From the IMG/VR virus record IMGVR_UViG_3300047320_000099, positions 6,791 to 70,790 of that record: 64,000 nucleotides of DNA. One strand, written 5' to 3'. Made by a program: the position numbers and the translations under genes. Numbering within the stretch: the stretch's first letter is position 1; each line of letters opens with the position of its first letter. Below, one piece after another: positions 23,876 through 34,822 of this stretch. Source of the DNA: a virus. Below the pieces are notes generated by a model, which searched no databases, was not told the DNA's origin, and was given only the letters and a program-made list of their open reading frames with translations.

Positions 23876-23927
23876 CCTTGCAACTGGCACTGACCCCTAG
23901 TTAAGTAATTTCAAATACAGACCAATT

Positions 23928-24954
23928 ATGAGACGACCAATCCAACAGCCGACTACCAGACAGGATGGAGACACTGAGATCCAAGAGCATCCCGCCTATG
24001 CTCAGATCGAGTCCTCCCGAATCACGGGGGGAGCCTACCTATACGGATCGGACTTCCATCATGGAAACTTTACCGCCATCCGCATCAAGCGCAGCCAGCT
24101 CAACCGGAATCTGGCGCGAGACTGGCACTTTGGGCATGAAGAATATATCGAGGTGTTTCTATCCTCTGCCCAGTGGGCTTCTTTTGTAGCGGGAACCGGA
24201 AGCAGCGGCGTTCCTTGCACCCTCAACCATTTGATGGGAGAGGGGATTGCAGAACTTCCTGCGCCCCAAGACCGCACGGCGCAATTCTCCAAAGAGAGCG
24301 CCCATTACATGGAAAATGCACTCAAGGCCCTACAGGAACTTCAGGAAGCGATCAGCGCCACATCCCTGAGCCAGAAAGCAAAAGATTCGCTGCTTTCCAA
24401 GGCATCTGCTGCTACCCGAAACATTTCCGGCAATTCCAAATTCGTGGCCGAGTCCTTCGACCGCCACATGGAGAAGACCGTGGAGCGGGCCAAAGTGGAA
24501 GTGAATGCTTACGCCACCGCTACCATCAGTCGCCTCGGTATGCAGAAGCTGGCCGAACTGAACGATGATGCTCCTCTGACTTTGGAGCTTTCCGATTAAT
24601 TAACCCAAACCAAACAGACCAATGACTATTAACGAAATGCGAGATGAACTGGACAAACTCCAGTCATGGAGGGGAGGAGATGGGAACACGCCAGTCCATA
24701 TTGGAGCCAATGATTCCATCTGGGAAATCACCGATGGCCAGATAGATAACGGCTGTGCAGTCTTCTATATGGATGACGGAGGAAAGCTGGATTCCACCCA
24801 AGAGGCGCTGGACTCCAAGCTTAATGAGGCTGATGACGACATTGATAAAATGAAAAGTCGAGCGGCAGATCAAATCGCTGATCTGAAGGAAGGTGCAATA
24901 ACCGCTCTACGGGAGGCCATCCAAGCTGTAAAAGACATTTCGGAGGACGTATGA
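23928..24954 (+). CDS. Two hypothetical proteins (23928-24599, 24622-24954)
   Basis: ORFs preceded by ACAGACC start motif. Confidence 0.65.
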
Positions 24955-25478
24955 CTTTTGACCAAACTGAAATTCCCGGCACACAGATGCCCCTGCTGGC
25001 TTCCATTGACTGTGGCAAGAAGGGCTACATCGTCCGAAATGACCGGGAAGGGAATCTGGAAGCCTGTAAGATGCCGATCAACGAAACTGGCGTGGATCTA
25101 TACGCGGTGGCAGACTTGGTTCGTGGCTACGATATGGTTCTGATGGAGCATCCTCCTCTCGGAGGCTTTAAGGGCCAGACCCGACTCACGGAGTCATGCT
25201 GCTGGGGCCAGTTTAAAGAGCTGTACGGCCTCCTGGCGGGCATCCAGGTTCCTTTCCATACCATCACCCCCCAAGTATGGCAGAACGAGTATTTCGGCTT
25301 TCCAACCAGCAAGGAAGTGGGAAAGAACGAATGGAAAAGTTTCTTGTGGGAGCAGGCCCAAAATAGGTTCCCGACCGTCAAGAAGATGGCCAAGGATTCA
25401 GCCGATTCATTTTTACTTTACAGGATGCTGACAGCCCTTTGGGCTAAAGATCCCACCGGAGAAAGCTGGCCAGGATGA
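24951..25478 (+). CDS. RuvC-like Holliday junction resolvase
   Basis: SIDCGKKG, VLMEH, ITPQVWQ, ADSFLL. Confidence 0.8.
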   Translation: MTFDQTEIPGTQMPLLASIDCGKKGYIVRNDREGNLEACKMPINETGVDLYAVADLVRGYDMVLMEHPPLGGFKGQTRLTESCCWGQFKELYGLLAGIQVPFHTITPQVWQNEYFGFPTSKEVGKNEWKSFLWEQAQNRFPTVKKMAKDSADSFLLYRMLTALWAKDPTGESWPG

Positions 25479-25832
25479 AATTGGAAGCCCTAATTTCCAT
25501 CAACGGTGGCGAGCCCCTTCATGCAAGAGGGTCTTGCACACGAACTATGATGGAATCCGTGGGCCTCGATCCTGTTTATTTCAGGGAAAATGGAGGACTG
25601 ATAACCAGTTTCGTATGGGTCAAAACCCATGACGGCCACCGATCCACTCCTGAGCCTGAAGAGCCCAAGAAGAAGGCAAGAATCTCAACCAAACGTCTCA
25701 GTAAGCTGGAGCAGCGCTGGGCGAACTACACCAAGGAATAGACCAATGAGCGCAGACCTTATCACACTAAATTGCCACCTCGCCCCGATCAAAGACCGCT
25801 TGACAAAGCGAAGCGCTTCCCTTTACTAATTT

Positions 25833-26024
25833 ATGGATGACAACACCGAAGCCAACAACCGCAAGAGCCCGCCCGAGCCAAATATCGCAACGCGTGCTAA
25901 AAATGAGCATGCTGTCGCCCTTGGAGCAATTGGAGGCTCTAGAAAGAGCCCTAGAAAGAGCGCGGCTAACCGTGAAAATGGGAGGCGGGGAGGACGACCC
26001 AAATCGAAAGGGCCTTCCGATTAA
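25833..26024 (+). CDS. Small basic KGG-type protein
   Basis: AVALGAIGGSRKSPRKSAANRENGRRGGRPK. Confidence 0.6.
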   Translation: MDDNTEANNRKSPPEPNIATRAKNEHAVALGAIGGSRKSPRKSAANRENGRRGGRPKSKGPSD

Positions 26025-26523
26025 ACCCAAGGTAAGCCCTGACGATGAAGACCTCCTTGTTTTCCCGTGGAGATCCTACCAGTCAAGCACATGCTATCCA
26101 GCAACTTGGGTTCACGGCCAAGCCATATATATCCATCAACTGATCTCTTTAAGAATCTTTGGAATTATTCCCCAAAGATCCGACTGGATGTGTATCGACC
26201 ATATCAATGGTGACCGGCTTGATAACAGGCGCGAGAACTTGCGACTGGTGAAAACCAATGGGGGAAATAGCCTTAATATATCTAGCACTAAGTTTATTAC
26301 TGGTGTCAGATTTAACAAATATAAAGGAAAGTATGAATCATGGGCATCCATTTATCGCAACCATCCGGGCGAAACAAAGAACAAGAAGGGCGCGTACTTA
26401 GGGGCTTGGGACACCTTGTCTGAGGCTATCGCTTCCAGAAAAACTTGGGAACGACTGTTTCCTCTCTTAGATCCATCTAGTCGAATAATCAAAACTTATG
26501 AGCCAAGACCTAATACAGCTTAA
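25837..26523 (+). CDS. HNH homing endonuclease with AP2-like C-terminus (start uncertain)
   Basis: IDHINGDRLDNRRENLR; GV..KY.....YLGAWDTLSEA. Confidence 0.8.
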   Translation: MTTPKPTTARARPSQISQRVLKMSMLSPLEQLEALERALERARLTVKMGGGEDDPNRKGLPIKPKVSPDDEDLLVFPWRSYQSSTCYPATWVHGQAIYIHQLISLRIFGIIPQRSDWMCIDHINGDRLDNRRENLRLVKTNGGNSLNISSTKFITGVRFNKYKGKYESWASIYRNHPGETKNKKGAYLGAWDTLSEAIASRKTWERLFPLLDPSSRIIKTYEPRPNTA

Positions 26524-26715
26524 CCCTCAATTATCCCCCATTCGCAAAGACGCCGATGCCGTGCGGGAGGCTATGGACGAGTTCCGTAAGCTCTGGCGTC
26601 TGGAACCGATCTTCCTGGTCGTCAATCCCAAGGACTGGCGATCCGGCATCAAGTTCGGTTATTTAGGGCTGAGCGTTGTTGTTGATCCCGAAGTGGCTAC
26701 CTTTAAGTTGTCAGC

Positions 26716-26934
26716 ATGAAACCTATCACCAAACGCCAGACCGATGTCCTCCAGTTCATCCTCTCCTACCAGGAGAAGGAGGGGTATGTGCCGTCCCTCA
26801 CAGACATTCAGTCGAACTTCTCATGGACCTCCCGTACTGCTGCCCTGTGGCATATGAAAGCCCTGGTAGTTAAGGGCTATATTTCAGAGTCTTGCGGGAG
26901 GGCGCGGGCTTATCGAGTCTTGAAGAGGATTTAG
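26716..26934 (+). CDS. LexA N-terminal DNA-binding-domain-only protein
   Basis: ITKRQTDVLQFI..EGYVPSLTDI..SRTAALWHMKALVVKGYI..GRARAY; no peptidase domain. Confidence 0.85.
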   Translation: MKPITKRQTDVLQFILSYQEKEGYVPSLTDIQSNFSWTSRTAALWHMKALVVKGYISESCGRARAYRVLKRI

Positions 26935-26935
26935 A

Positions 26936-29900
26936 CTATCGCTTCTGCTTCTCAAGCAGAGCATTTGTCTTCAAGCCATCCAGTTTCGGTCCTTCCTGGA
27001 TCTTGCGGATAGCAATCGTCGTGGACCAAAGTTTGACTCTGAAATTATCCGTATAATAGTCCGCCGAGGCTTGCAGGGCTCCGATGCTTCTGGCTTGGGT
27101 CACGATGCTGTTGATGTCGGCCTGCTGGATGTCTCGCTCGGTCTTGTAGCCCGAGCTTCCCTGCCGCCTCTTGAGCTGATTGGTCTCCGAATTCACGAAG
27201 GCATCTATCTCGGCCTTGCGCTCTTTGTTATTGGAGTAGGCCGCGATCCAGGGCCAGTAGTATTGCTGGGCTTTGGCTTCGATTTCCGAGGCATGCTTGA
27301 CGAAGAACATGCCGTTATTCATCTGGGAAAACTCAGCCTCGGCCTGCTCCTTCTGCTTCTCTTTGGTGAAGTAGGAAGAGATGGGTCTTTGGTAGTCCGT
27401 CTTATTGATGAAGTAACGGTTCTCCCTCATCCAAATAAGACCGGGGCTCGGGGCTTTGATGACATCTCCCAGATCCACATCCCCAATCGTTAATCCCCCT
27501 AACCGGGATAGCACATTGGGCTTCTTGAAAGAGCCATCGGGCTTGATGATCCGGTCCAGATGCTTGGCATCCTCGGGGGACAGCCAGCCTTCCAGTAGAG
27601 TATTGGCGTACAGGGTAGGAAAGAACTCCTTATCGGGCATCAGTTCCTCCCCTCCTCTCCCTGGAAGGATAGAATAGGCCATGGTCTCCTTCTGGAAGCG
27701 ATTCAGGGGTACCGCATGGGCTTTGACATATTTGGCCAGAGAGGCGGTAAGGCCCTTCTTCATGTCGAGTTCATCTTTCTCGTTGGGGTTCTGGGCTTCT
27801 TTCAGGAAGTCGGCAATGCTCAGAAGACCGTCGAAAGTTCCGCTCTCGCTGGCCCCGGCCCACATGGCCTTGGAGATACGGTCGAACATCATGAACCATG
27901 GGGCATCGGGATTCTGGAGCCTGCGCTCGTTATAGGAGGCGGCGGTTCCCAGGGTAGCTACAAGCTGGGGATGATCTTTGAAGTTGAGATAGTTAATATC
28001 TCCCTTGCCGGTTCTCCACCAGAAGGAGAAGGCGGGAATGAAGGTCTCCTTACCATTCCTACCGAAGACCGAGCGATCACTAAAACCCGTAAGGCCCCGA
28101 TGCTTCTTATCGTCGTCTTCCTCATCCCCGCCCATGGAGGCGATGATAGAAACGATCACAGCAGTTCCCAGGGAGCCCTTGACCATGGAGGAAGCTATCT
28201 CCGTCTTGGTGTAGGTATCGGGGTTGTTCTCGAAGAACGTCTTGGTCTTTCCGTCATGTACGGCTCGGTAGTTGGTTCCTAACTGGTTGACCGTTCCCAG
28301 ACCGGTCCAGTTGAAGAACTCCTCAGCCATACGGGCTACGTTGCCCGAGAAGGGGCTGATCTCAGGTGCAATGGCACCTCCGGCACTGAGTCGGGTGCGG
28401 ATCTCGATGCCTCCTTGGCGATACTCGGCCCCTTCTACTTTTTGGCCTCCGATCTGGAGGATGTTGGTTTTTGAGATTTGCCCGAGGAACTTGGACAGTC
28501 CAAAGACGGTAGCGAATTTATTGAGAGTATCGGCCAGAACCTTGGAAGCTCCTTTTGGCTCATTAGAATAAGAAGTTCCGAATGCTAGGCGCTTGGACTC
28601 GTCCACCGATTGGGGATTGATAACCTGCTCCCGCGCCTCCCGACGCAGGTTGAAAGCGATGATGTTCTTCAGAACCGCCAACTCTGCCTTAGTGGGAAGG
28701 ATGGTAGTGCTATTCTCGATCAGCAGGGCTCCATTCTTGAGAATCTCCTGATCGGCTTGGGCTTGATAGAAAGCCAGGGGTTTTACATTAAGCTTCTGGT
28801 CGATGTAGCTGGCGATGAACTGATCCTTCTTCCCTTCCGGCTTGGCTTGGTACATATCCCAAGCCTCCCGATAAAGCTCAGCTCCCAGAATAGTATTCTC
28901 GGAGAAGACCTTGTAGAAGGCATCGAAGACCGTGGCTACACGCCTGCCGGAGTCGAAGAGCAGGATCTTCATCAACCGAGCCACGAAGGTTAGCGGGGTC
29001 TTCTGGCGGAACCAAGTACCCGGTCGGGCGAAGAGCATCGTCTGGGTAGAAGCAATGGCCCCCTGAGCGCGCGTAAATGCCTCTACAGAGGCTCCGCGTT
29101 GGCCAGAGAAGGCAATGGCTGCAAACTCAGTCAAAGCCTCTGGCAGGCTTCTGAAGGCTTGGTTGAGTCCTGCTAACATGGCTTTCTCGTTCTTCAGGAA
29201 CTCAGCCTTCCCCTCCAGAAGATCCAGGCCGTTCTTGGCTTGGTCGTAAGCCAGGAAGTCCAAGGGGATACGGACAGCCGTGCCTACCACGTTCACCATG
29301 GCTACCCCTGGAGACATGAGGATGTTGTTATAGAAGAGGGCATTCCAGCCATCTATCATTCCCTGTCCTCGTTCGGCTTCCGCTGCCAGCTTGGCGGTTT
29401 GGGCATAGAGGTCTCTAAGCCAAGTTGAACTGGTGTTATTAGCCGCATTGGAAAGCAGTCTCAGATTGGCTTCGGACTCGGGACGGATGTGGCCGGATAG
29501 ATTAGGCTCTCTTGCCCAAGCAACCGCTGCCTCTTTCTCGAAGTCTCGAAGACTTGCTTTCTCCTCCTTACTGTAGAATCTCAGGGCTGGAGCCATGAAC
29601 TCGGGGAATCCTTCCTGCTTCAGAGCGATGGCGAATTGGCTATCGGTCAATTGGGCCTGACGATATTTGGCACGGAAGCTCTGGGCCTTCTTCACATAGT
29701 TGAGGAAGGCTTTGTTGTTCCTGATAAGATCGGACTGGAGACGGATGATGACCGATTCGGGAGAGTAGGTCAGCAAGTGCTTGTTGATGTTCACCGCTCG
29801 TCCTGCTTCCCGCTGTTCGACCGCTACAGCTCTCGTGACGTCCCGCATCAGCATCAGGGCTGCGTTACGGTCGATGTCCAGGTCCAGTCCATTGTCCTGA

Positions 29901-32900
29901 GCGGTGGCCAGTTGGTCCAATCTGCTTTGGAGAGCCAGAAGATAGTAGATCACCCCGGCATTGCCGATGCCCTCGTATTTGTTCTCAGGGTCGAACTGCC
30001 TTGCTCGCTGGTCTGGACCCATCCTGCGGAGCTTGTAGATGTCTCTCAGGGCATCCAGGATCGTGACCTTGGAGTTCATCCGAGCTTCCACGGCAGCAAT
30101 GATCGCATGGGTAGGGGCATTGCGATAGCTCCCCTCATCCTTGGCAATCCCCTTCAGGGCGTTCGAGGTTGAGAATTCGTCACTATTGATGCGGACGTTC
30201 ATCCGGCCCTTTTTGTATTCGGCATCATCTTCGATGGAGTAGAGACGGAAGCCGTTGTCGGGACCTTTCTTAGGAGGAGTTGGAGGAGCCCATTTCTTCG
30301 TGCTCTTCTTGGCACCCTTCTTCCGGGTCTTGTCCGAGATCACCATGCCCGTATCTGGATCGGTCAGGATCGTGCGGGTGCTGTTGGTTTCAGGGACCGG
30401 GATAACCGTCTTAATGACGGGCTTCTTGGCTGCTGTTGCTGGGGCAGTTTGGGTCAGATTCTCATCGCTCACCTCTTGGGTGCCCGCTGAGTAGTTGGTG
30501 TTCTTGACCTGTGGGTAGACCGTCTGGCCGTCCCAAGGCTTGTCCTCAATGGCTCTGGCGACCTTCTGGGGGCCTTCTGGACCCTCGATGATCTCATAGA
30601 GTTGATCTCCCTCGATCACATAGGAACGCCCTGCCGAAGTGAAGGGAACGCCATCCCGTGGCTGCTGGCCCGGTTTGTAGGTCTCGACCAGCTTATCCCC
30701 GATGATCTGGGCGGGAGCAGGAAGGGTTTGCTCTTCGGGCAGCACGATCTCCCTCGTAGCATCCGCGATGCCTTCCGAGAGTTCCTGTAGACTCAGTTCC
30801 TCGGCAAGGATCTCCTCGTTGATGCGCTCGATGCGATTCTCGGGCTTGAATGCCTCCCTTCGTAGGAGGGGAGGGGTCAGGAAGAAGTTGCTCAGCAGAT
30901 CGTGGGCATCGTCCGTGGTGGTCGCTATCGGGGTTCTGTTGAGGTCCTGGAAGGTCTGGGCATAGAAGTTGGTGATGGTGTCGAGAACGCTCTGATCCTC
31001 CTGCGCCATACCCCTCACAGCTTTGCCGTCGTGGTGCCAACGCGTCATCATCTGGGCGAACGCCTCATGCGCGGCCACGGAGATATTTCCTGCCTTATTG
31101 AAGAAGGTGAAGTCCTCGTCCTTGAAGGCTTCTCCCTCATCGTTCTTGTAGCGCTTCTTCAGGTACTCGCGGAAAGGCTTCTGGGCCAAGCGGGACTCAA
31201 GGAATTGCTGGAGCCTGACGTACTCGGCGTTATCCAGAATGACCGGGGCTATCGTATTGAGGAAGTCGTGGTACAGCTCGTGAAAGACATCCGTAACATT
31301 GGCATTGCCCGTTAATTGAATTAACCGGGCCATCGGGTCGTAGGAGTTCGGGGCCGCGATGATCTCGCCTGCCTTGTTCTTTCTGCCGAACGCTCCTGTG
31401 AGTTCCCAGTCGGATACCTTGCCGTAGCGCAGTTGGGCCACGTCCTCCACCGTAATCAGAGAAGCATTAGGAGTGTAGAGATTGAATCTCTTGGATACCC
31501 ATGCCGCTATGGCGCGGTCTTGAATGAACAGGGCTTGGAGGATAGAAGAGACCTGAGCGGCCTTGAGGATACCGCTCTGTCGCTTGTTCTTGCTCTTGCT
31601 GCTCGCTGTTTTATTGACCCGCTCCTGTAGGACGCGCTCCATGGCCCGATAGTGAGGAACCTCGGTCCAGTTGGTCGGGTCTTTGTGGTTACGGAAGTCC
31701 TGATCCTCTTTCGTTAGTTGATTAACGGTCTCATCGAAAGATTCGGGGGCTTGCGAGCGGAAGAGTTGCTGGATCTTACCGTCTTTGGCGTAGGTGATCT
31801 GGTCCTTGGACTTGTCGAAGACCTTGGTCTTGGTCATCCAATCGTTCATTCTTTCCACTGCCTTGCCAAGAAGTTCTCCCGTGTCCTTGTGGGCACGGAG
31901 CTTGAAGAGCGTGGTTCTACGCTTGGTAATCGGTGGGGCCTGAATGTCCGTAACCGCCTGTTCCTCTGGGGTTGGACCTGTCTTTTTGGTTTGTCCTTCT
32001 TCAGTGACGGGCTCAGCAGGAGGCGGGGGAGTAGGTGCGCTAGCAGGCTCCTGCTTCTGCGGTGTCCTTTTCAGGATGTCGGTGAACTTCGCCCCATCCT
32101 TCAGATCGGGACGACCGTTGTATTCCTGCTGAGCCGCGTCAAAGTCGGGCTTTGAGTAGAGATCCGAGCGGGGGTCGTTGAGAACCGAGTCAGGCAAGGC
32201 GCTGACCTCCGAATCCTCGAACTGGATGGTATTGTCTTGGGTCTTGTGGCCGTGAACAAATCTTCCGTCCCCGATGGACTTATAGAAAGCATTCCCCGTG
32301 AAAACCACATCTCCCAATTCGGCCTGGGTGCTGTTATTCTTGGGCTGTACCACTCCAGAGAAGAACTTGCCGGGTCTCCATGATTCGGCTTTCCCGTTAA
32401 TCAGGAACTGACCCATATCCCCAAACTCAACCGGGCCAGACACTACCGATCCAGCTTCGTTGATATAGCTTACCGTTTGGCCTTCGTGGACTTGCCCCGG
32501 ACTTTCGATGGGCTCCGCTTCCGCTTGGGAAGTGACTTCTGGTCCGTTTTCTTGGACCACTCCTTGCAGTTCCATCCCTTGGCTTGGCCGCGCTTCTTCA
32601 TCGCGTAACACTTCGCCTGTTGGGCTTTGCTCTTGAATGGCATTAGTATTCTCCAGTCCTTGAGTTGTGGTTGCTATGGGAGGAGCCTCGCCCTCCAAGG
32701 CATCCTCCTCGTAGAAGGCATGGAAATCCGCCATACCCATCGCATCGGGAGTTCCCATCTCCACCATCGGGATCTTACCCTGGGCGTAGAGACCCTTGGT
32801 AGGACTTACTGGAGCCTCATCGGTCGTAGCGGCATAGTCGGCATCTACCTGCTCCGACTTGCGGAGCATCTCCTGCGAGAGGGCAAAAGCTGCTTCCGTG

Positions 32901-34822
32901 GTAGAAATCTGGCGAACCGCCTCGTGCAGATGCTCGGGGGCCTGATACATCGCAAAGAAATCGGGACCGGCTAATCCGGCGGCGGCCTCCATTAATACCG
33001 AGCCAATGTCGGGGTCTTTGGATTGGGCCACTTCTCCCAAAAGTTCTCCACCCCCCTCGGAGGTTGCCTGAACACCCATTTCAGCAGCGTTGAACAAAAT
33101 GGACTTCGCGGCCAATCCAAGAGGCTGGTTTCTTCCTGCGGCCACATAGGCTCCCTTGGCAAGGTTGCGGTCCAGAGGGCTCATAATCCCAGGGAGCAGG
33201 AACCCCGTAACACCCTCGACCGTTCCGACTGACACGCCATGAAGGAAAGCGTTATCGTTCACCTCCTTCATAGCCATGGGATCATGGAGAACATCCGCTA
33301 GTGGGCGTTCGGTCCCGTCCTGGTTGAAACGAGCCTTATTGAGTTCCTCGGTGTAAGTATACGAGGAATCGGCAATCGCGGAGACCAGGCCAGTTCCCGT
33401 GCCTCTCAGAAGATTGGTAGCCAAAGCAACAGCGGGCGTCTGGCCTCCAGGGATGGCGAAGAGGGCAGCCGTGGCGGCTGTGCTCAGGGGTTGGGAGACG
33501 AAGCTTTCCAAGGAAGCATTGGCAATCACATCCAAGGGATGCGAGGCGATAGCCCCTGCCGTAATCGCGGCTTTGTACTGCCAGCCAGCATCCGATTGGG
33601 CAAGCTGCGCCTGAACGTCCTGAAGGTCCGCCATGCCCTTTGTTTGCGGGATGAGGGTGAGAGCCTTCCCGCGTAGTACGAAGTTCTCGTTGGCCTTCTG
33701 GTAGCCCTTGATGGCATAGGCGTAACGAGTCACATCGGATGCGTTTGCGTTCTCCAAGGGGGTTCCCTGAAGCATCCCCCTAACCGCGCCAATATTCGCT
33801 GCCGGGATGACTCCCCATTGGCTGCCTTCAGTGATTTGACTTAGGAGATTCTCATCCTTCAGGGCCTCCCGCTGCTCGGGAGTAAAGGTTCCATATAGGC
33901 GGTCGGACTCCTTCAGGGAGTTCTGAGCTGCTTTCAGATCCCATTGGTTCATCCAGCGCTGGGTCCCCCTATCGATAGCGGAGGTGAACCATTCCTGCTT
34001 GTTAGCCTGAAGGGCAAGCATGGATTGACCGGCTACTCCGGTATCGGGGAATTCGTCGGGAGCATTCTCAGGAGCAAAAGCCCCACTTGCTTGTTGGGCG
34101 TTATACTCCCTATCCAAAGAGGAAAGTAATGCATCGGCCTGACCTACTCCTTTCGGGTCCAGAAATGAGTTTCGGTTCAGTCGGAACTGGCGGACCAAGC
34201 TTCTCTGATCTACCAGTGGGAGCCCTTGGAAGGAGGGATCGTTAATGAGTTGGTCAGCCGTCTCAATGCCAGCAACCGCCCCGCCAGAGCTGAAGGTGGG
34301 GGTGAGTTTATCGACCAGGGAATTGAAAACTTCATCCTTCTTGATGGTAGGAAGTTTCTCGGTATCGATTAATGCCTTGATGGAACGAGGATTGGCTGCT
34401 CCTACAAACTTGGAGCCTCCGTCATATTCCACGAGCGCTCCATCCCCGAAAGGATTAGGTCTTGTATAGACGTACTCTCCAGGATTGACCTCAAGAATAT
34501 CGGCGGGGCTCTCCAGTGCTCCTACGCGGTCACTGTAGCCCTTGTTGATCCTATCGTAGGCTTCTGTGCCTATGTAGAGCTTTAGGTCATTCTGGCCTCC
34601 GATAGCATTCATCACCCCACCCATAAGTTGGGCCTGTGGGGTGGATGAGAGGGTATCTACCTCCAGTTGGGCGCGATAATCCTGGGCTTTCCGGGCCTCT
34701 GCCAGATTCCCGGCTTGGAACATGGAGTTGCTGAAGTTATCCAGCCATCCGAGTTTGGTATTTACATCGGAGTTCTGAAAATCTTGGAAGCCCTTGAGGT
34801 AATCGAGGTTGTATTCATCCAT
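26936..34822 (-). CDS. Giant internal virion/ejection protein (polyvalent-protein-like) with zincin motif
   Basis: 2628 aa, last gene of late operon, HELYH..(H)EAFA motif, no Cys seen. Confidence 0.75.
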   Translation of the reverse strand: MDEYNLDYLKGFQDFQNSDVNTKLGWLDNFSNSMFQAGNLAEARKAQDYRAQLEVDTLSSTPQAQLMGGVMNAIGGQNDLKLYIGTEAYDRINKGYSDRVGALESPADILEVNPGEYVYTRPNPFGDGALVEYDGGSKFVGAANPRSIKALIDTEKLPTIKKDEVFNSLVDKLTPTFSSGGAVAGIETADQLINDPSFQGLPLVDQRSLVRQFRLNRNSFLDPKGVGQADALLSSLDREYNAQQASGAFAPENAPDEFPDTGVAGQSMLALQANKQEWFTSAIDRGTQRWMNQWDLKAAQNSLKESDRLYGTFTPEQREALKDENLLSQITEGSQWGVIPAANIGAVRGMLQGTPLENANASDVTRYAYAIKGYQKANENFVLRGKALTLIPQTKGMADLQDVQAQLAQSDAGWQYKAAITAGAIASHPLDVIANASLESFVSQPLSTAATAALFAIPGGQTPAVALATNLLRGTGTGLVSAIADSSYTYTEELNKARFNQDGTERPLADVLHDPMAMKEVNDNAFLHGVSVGTVEGVTGFLLPGIMSPLDRNLAKGAYVAAGRNQPLGLAAKSILFNAAEMGVQATSEGGGELLGEVAQSKDPDIGSVLMEAAAGLAGPDFFAMYQAPEHLHEAVRQISTTEAAFALSQEMLRKSEQVDADYAATTDEAPVSPTKGLYAQGKIPMVEMGTPDAMGMADFHAFYEEDALEGEAPPIATTTQGLENTNAIQEQSPTGEVLRDEEARPSQGMELQGVVQENGPEVTSQAEAEPIESPGQVHEGQTVSYINEAGSVVSGPVEFGDMGQFLINGKAESWRPGKFFSGVVQPKNNSTQAELGDVVFTGNAFYKSIGDGRFVHGHKTQDNTIQFEDSEVSALPDSVLNDPRSDLYSKPDFDAAQQEYNGRPDLKDGAKFTDILKRTPQKQEPASAPTPPPPAEPVTEEGQTKKTGPTPEEQAVTDIQAPPITKRRTTLFKLRAHKDTGELLGKAVERMNDWMTKTKVFDKSKDQITYAKDGKIQQLFRSQAPESFDETVNQLTKEDQDFRNHKDPTNWTEVPHYRAMERVLQERVNKTASSKSKNKRQSGILKAAQVSSILQALFIQDRAIAAWVSKRFNLYTPNASLITVEDVAQLRYGKVSDWELTGAFGRKNKAGEIIAAPNSYDPMARLIQLTGNANVTDVFHELYHDFLNTIAPVILDNAEYVRLQQFLESRLAQKPFREYLKKRYKNDEGEAFKDEDFTFFNKAGNISVAAHEAFAQMMTRWHHDGKAVRGMAQEDQSVLDTITNFYAQTFQDLNRTPIATTTDDAHDLLSNFFLTPPLLRREAFKPENRIERINEEILAEELSLQELSEGIADATREIVLPEEQTLPAPAQIIGDKLVETYKPGQQPRDGVPFTSAGRSYVIEGDQLYEIIEGPEGPQKVARAIEDKPWDGQTVYPQVKNTNYSAGTQEVSDENLTQTAPATAAKKPVIKTVIPVPETNSTRTILTDPDTGMVISDKTRKKGAKKSTKKWAPPTPPKKGPDNGFRLYSIEDDAEYKKGRMNVRINSDEFSTSNALKGIAKDEGSYRNAPTHAIIAAVEARMNSKVTILDALRDIYKLRRMGPDQRARQFDPENKYEGIGNAGVIYYLLALQSRLDQLATAQDNGLDLDIDRNAALMLMRDVTRAVAVEQREAGRAVNINKHLLTYSPESVIIRLQSDLIRNNKAFLNYVKKAQSFRAKYRQAQLTDSQFAIALKQEGFPEFMAPALRFYSKEEKASLRDFEKEAAVAWAREPNLSGHIRPESEANLRLLSNAANNTSSTWLRDLYAQTAKLAAEAERGQGMIDGWNALFYNNILMSPGVAMVNVVGTAVRIPLDFLAYDQAKNGLDLLEGKAEFLKNEKAMLAGLNQAFRSLPEALTEFAAIAFSGQRGASVEAFTRAQGAIASTQTMLFARPGTWFRQKTPLTFVARLMKILLFDSGRRVATVFDAFYKVFSENTILGAELYREAWDMYQAKPEGKKDQFIASYIDQKLNVKPLAFYQAQADQEILKNGALLIENSTTILPTKAELAVLKNIIAFNLRREAREQVINPQSVDESKRLAFGTSYSNEPKGASKVLADTLNKFATVFGLSKFLGQISKTNILQIGGQKVEGAEYRQGGIEIRTRLSAGGAIAPEISPFSGNVARMAEEFFNWTGLGTVNQLGTNYRAVHDGKTKTFFENNPDTYTKTEIASSMVKGSLGTAVIVSIIASMGGDEEDDDKKHRGLTGFSDRSVFGRNGKETFIPAFSFWWRTGKGDINYLNFKDHPQLVATLGTAASYNERRLQNPDAPWFMMFDRISKAMWAGASESGTFDGLLSIADFLKEAQNPNEKDELDMKKGLTASLAKYVKAHAVPLNRFQKETMAYSILPGRGGEELMPDKEFFPTLYANTLLEGWLSPEDAKHLDRIIKPDGSFKKPNVLSRLGGLTIGDVDLGDVIKAPSPGLIWMRENRYFINKTDYQRPISSYFTKEKQKEQAEAEFSQMNNGMFFVKHASEIEAKAQQYYWPWIAAYSNNKERKAEIDAFVNSETNQLKRRQGSSGYKTERDIQQADINSIVTQARSIGALQASADYYTDNFRVKLWSTTIAIRKIQEGPKLDGLKTNALLEKQKR

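Noticed and set aside
26936-34822. Virion RNA polymerase (N4- or crAss-like)
   Set aside because: Cys-free and large, but no DxDGD or T7-type catalytic motifs could be recognised
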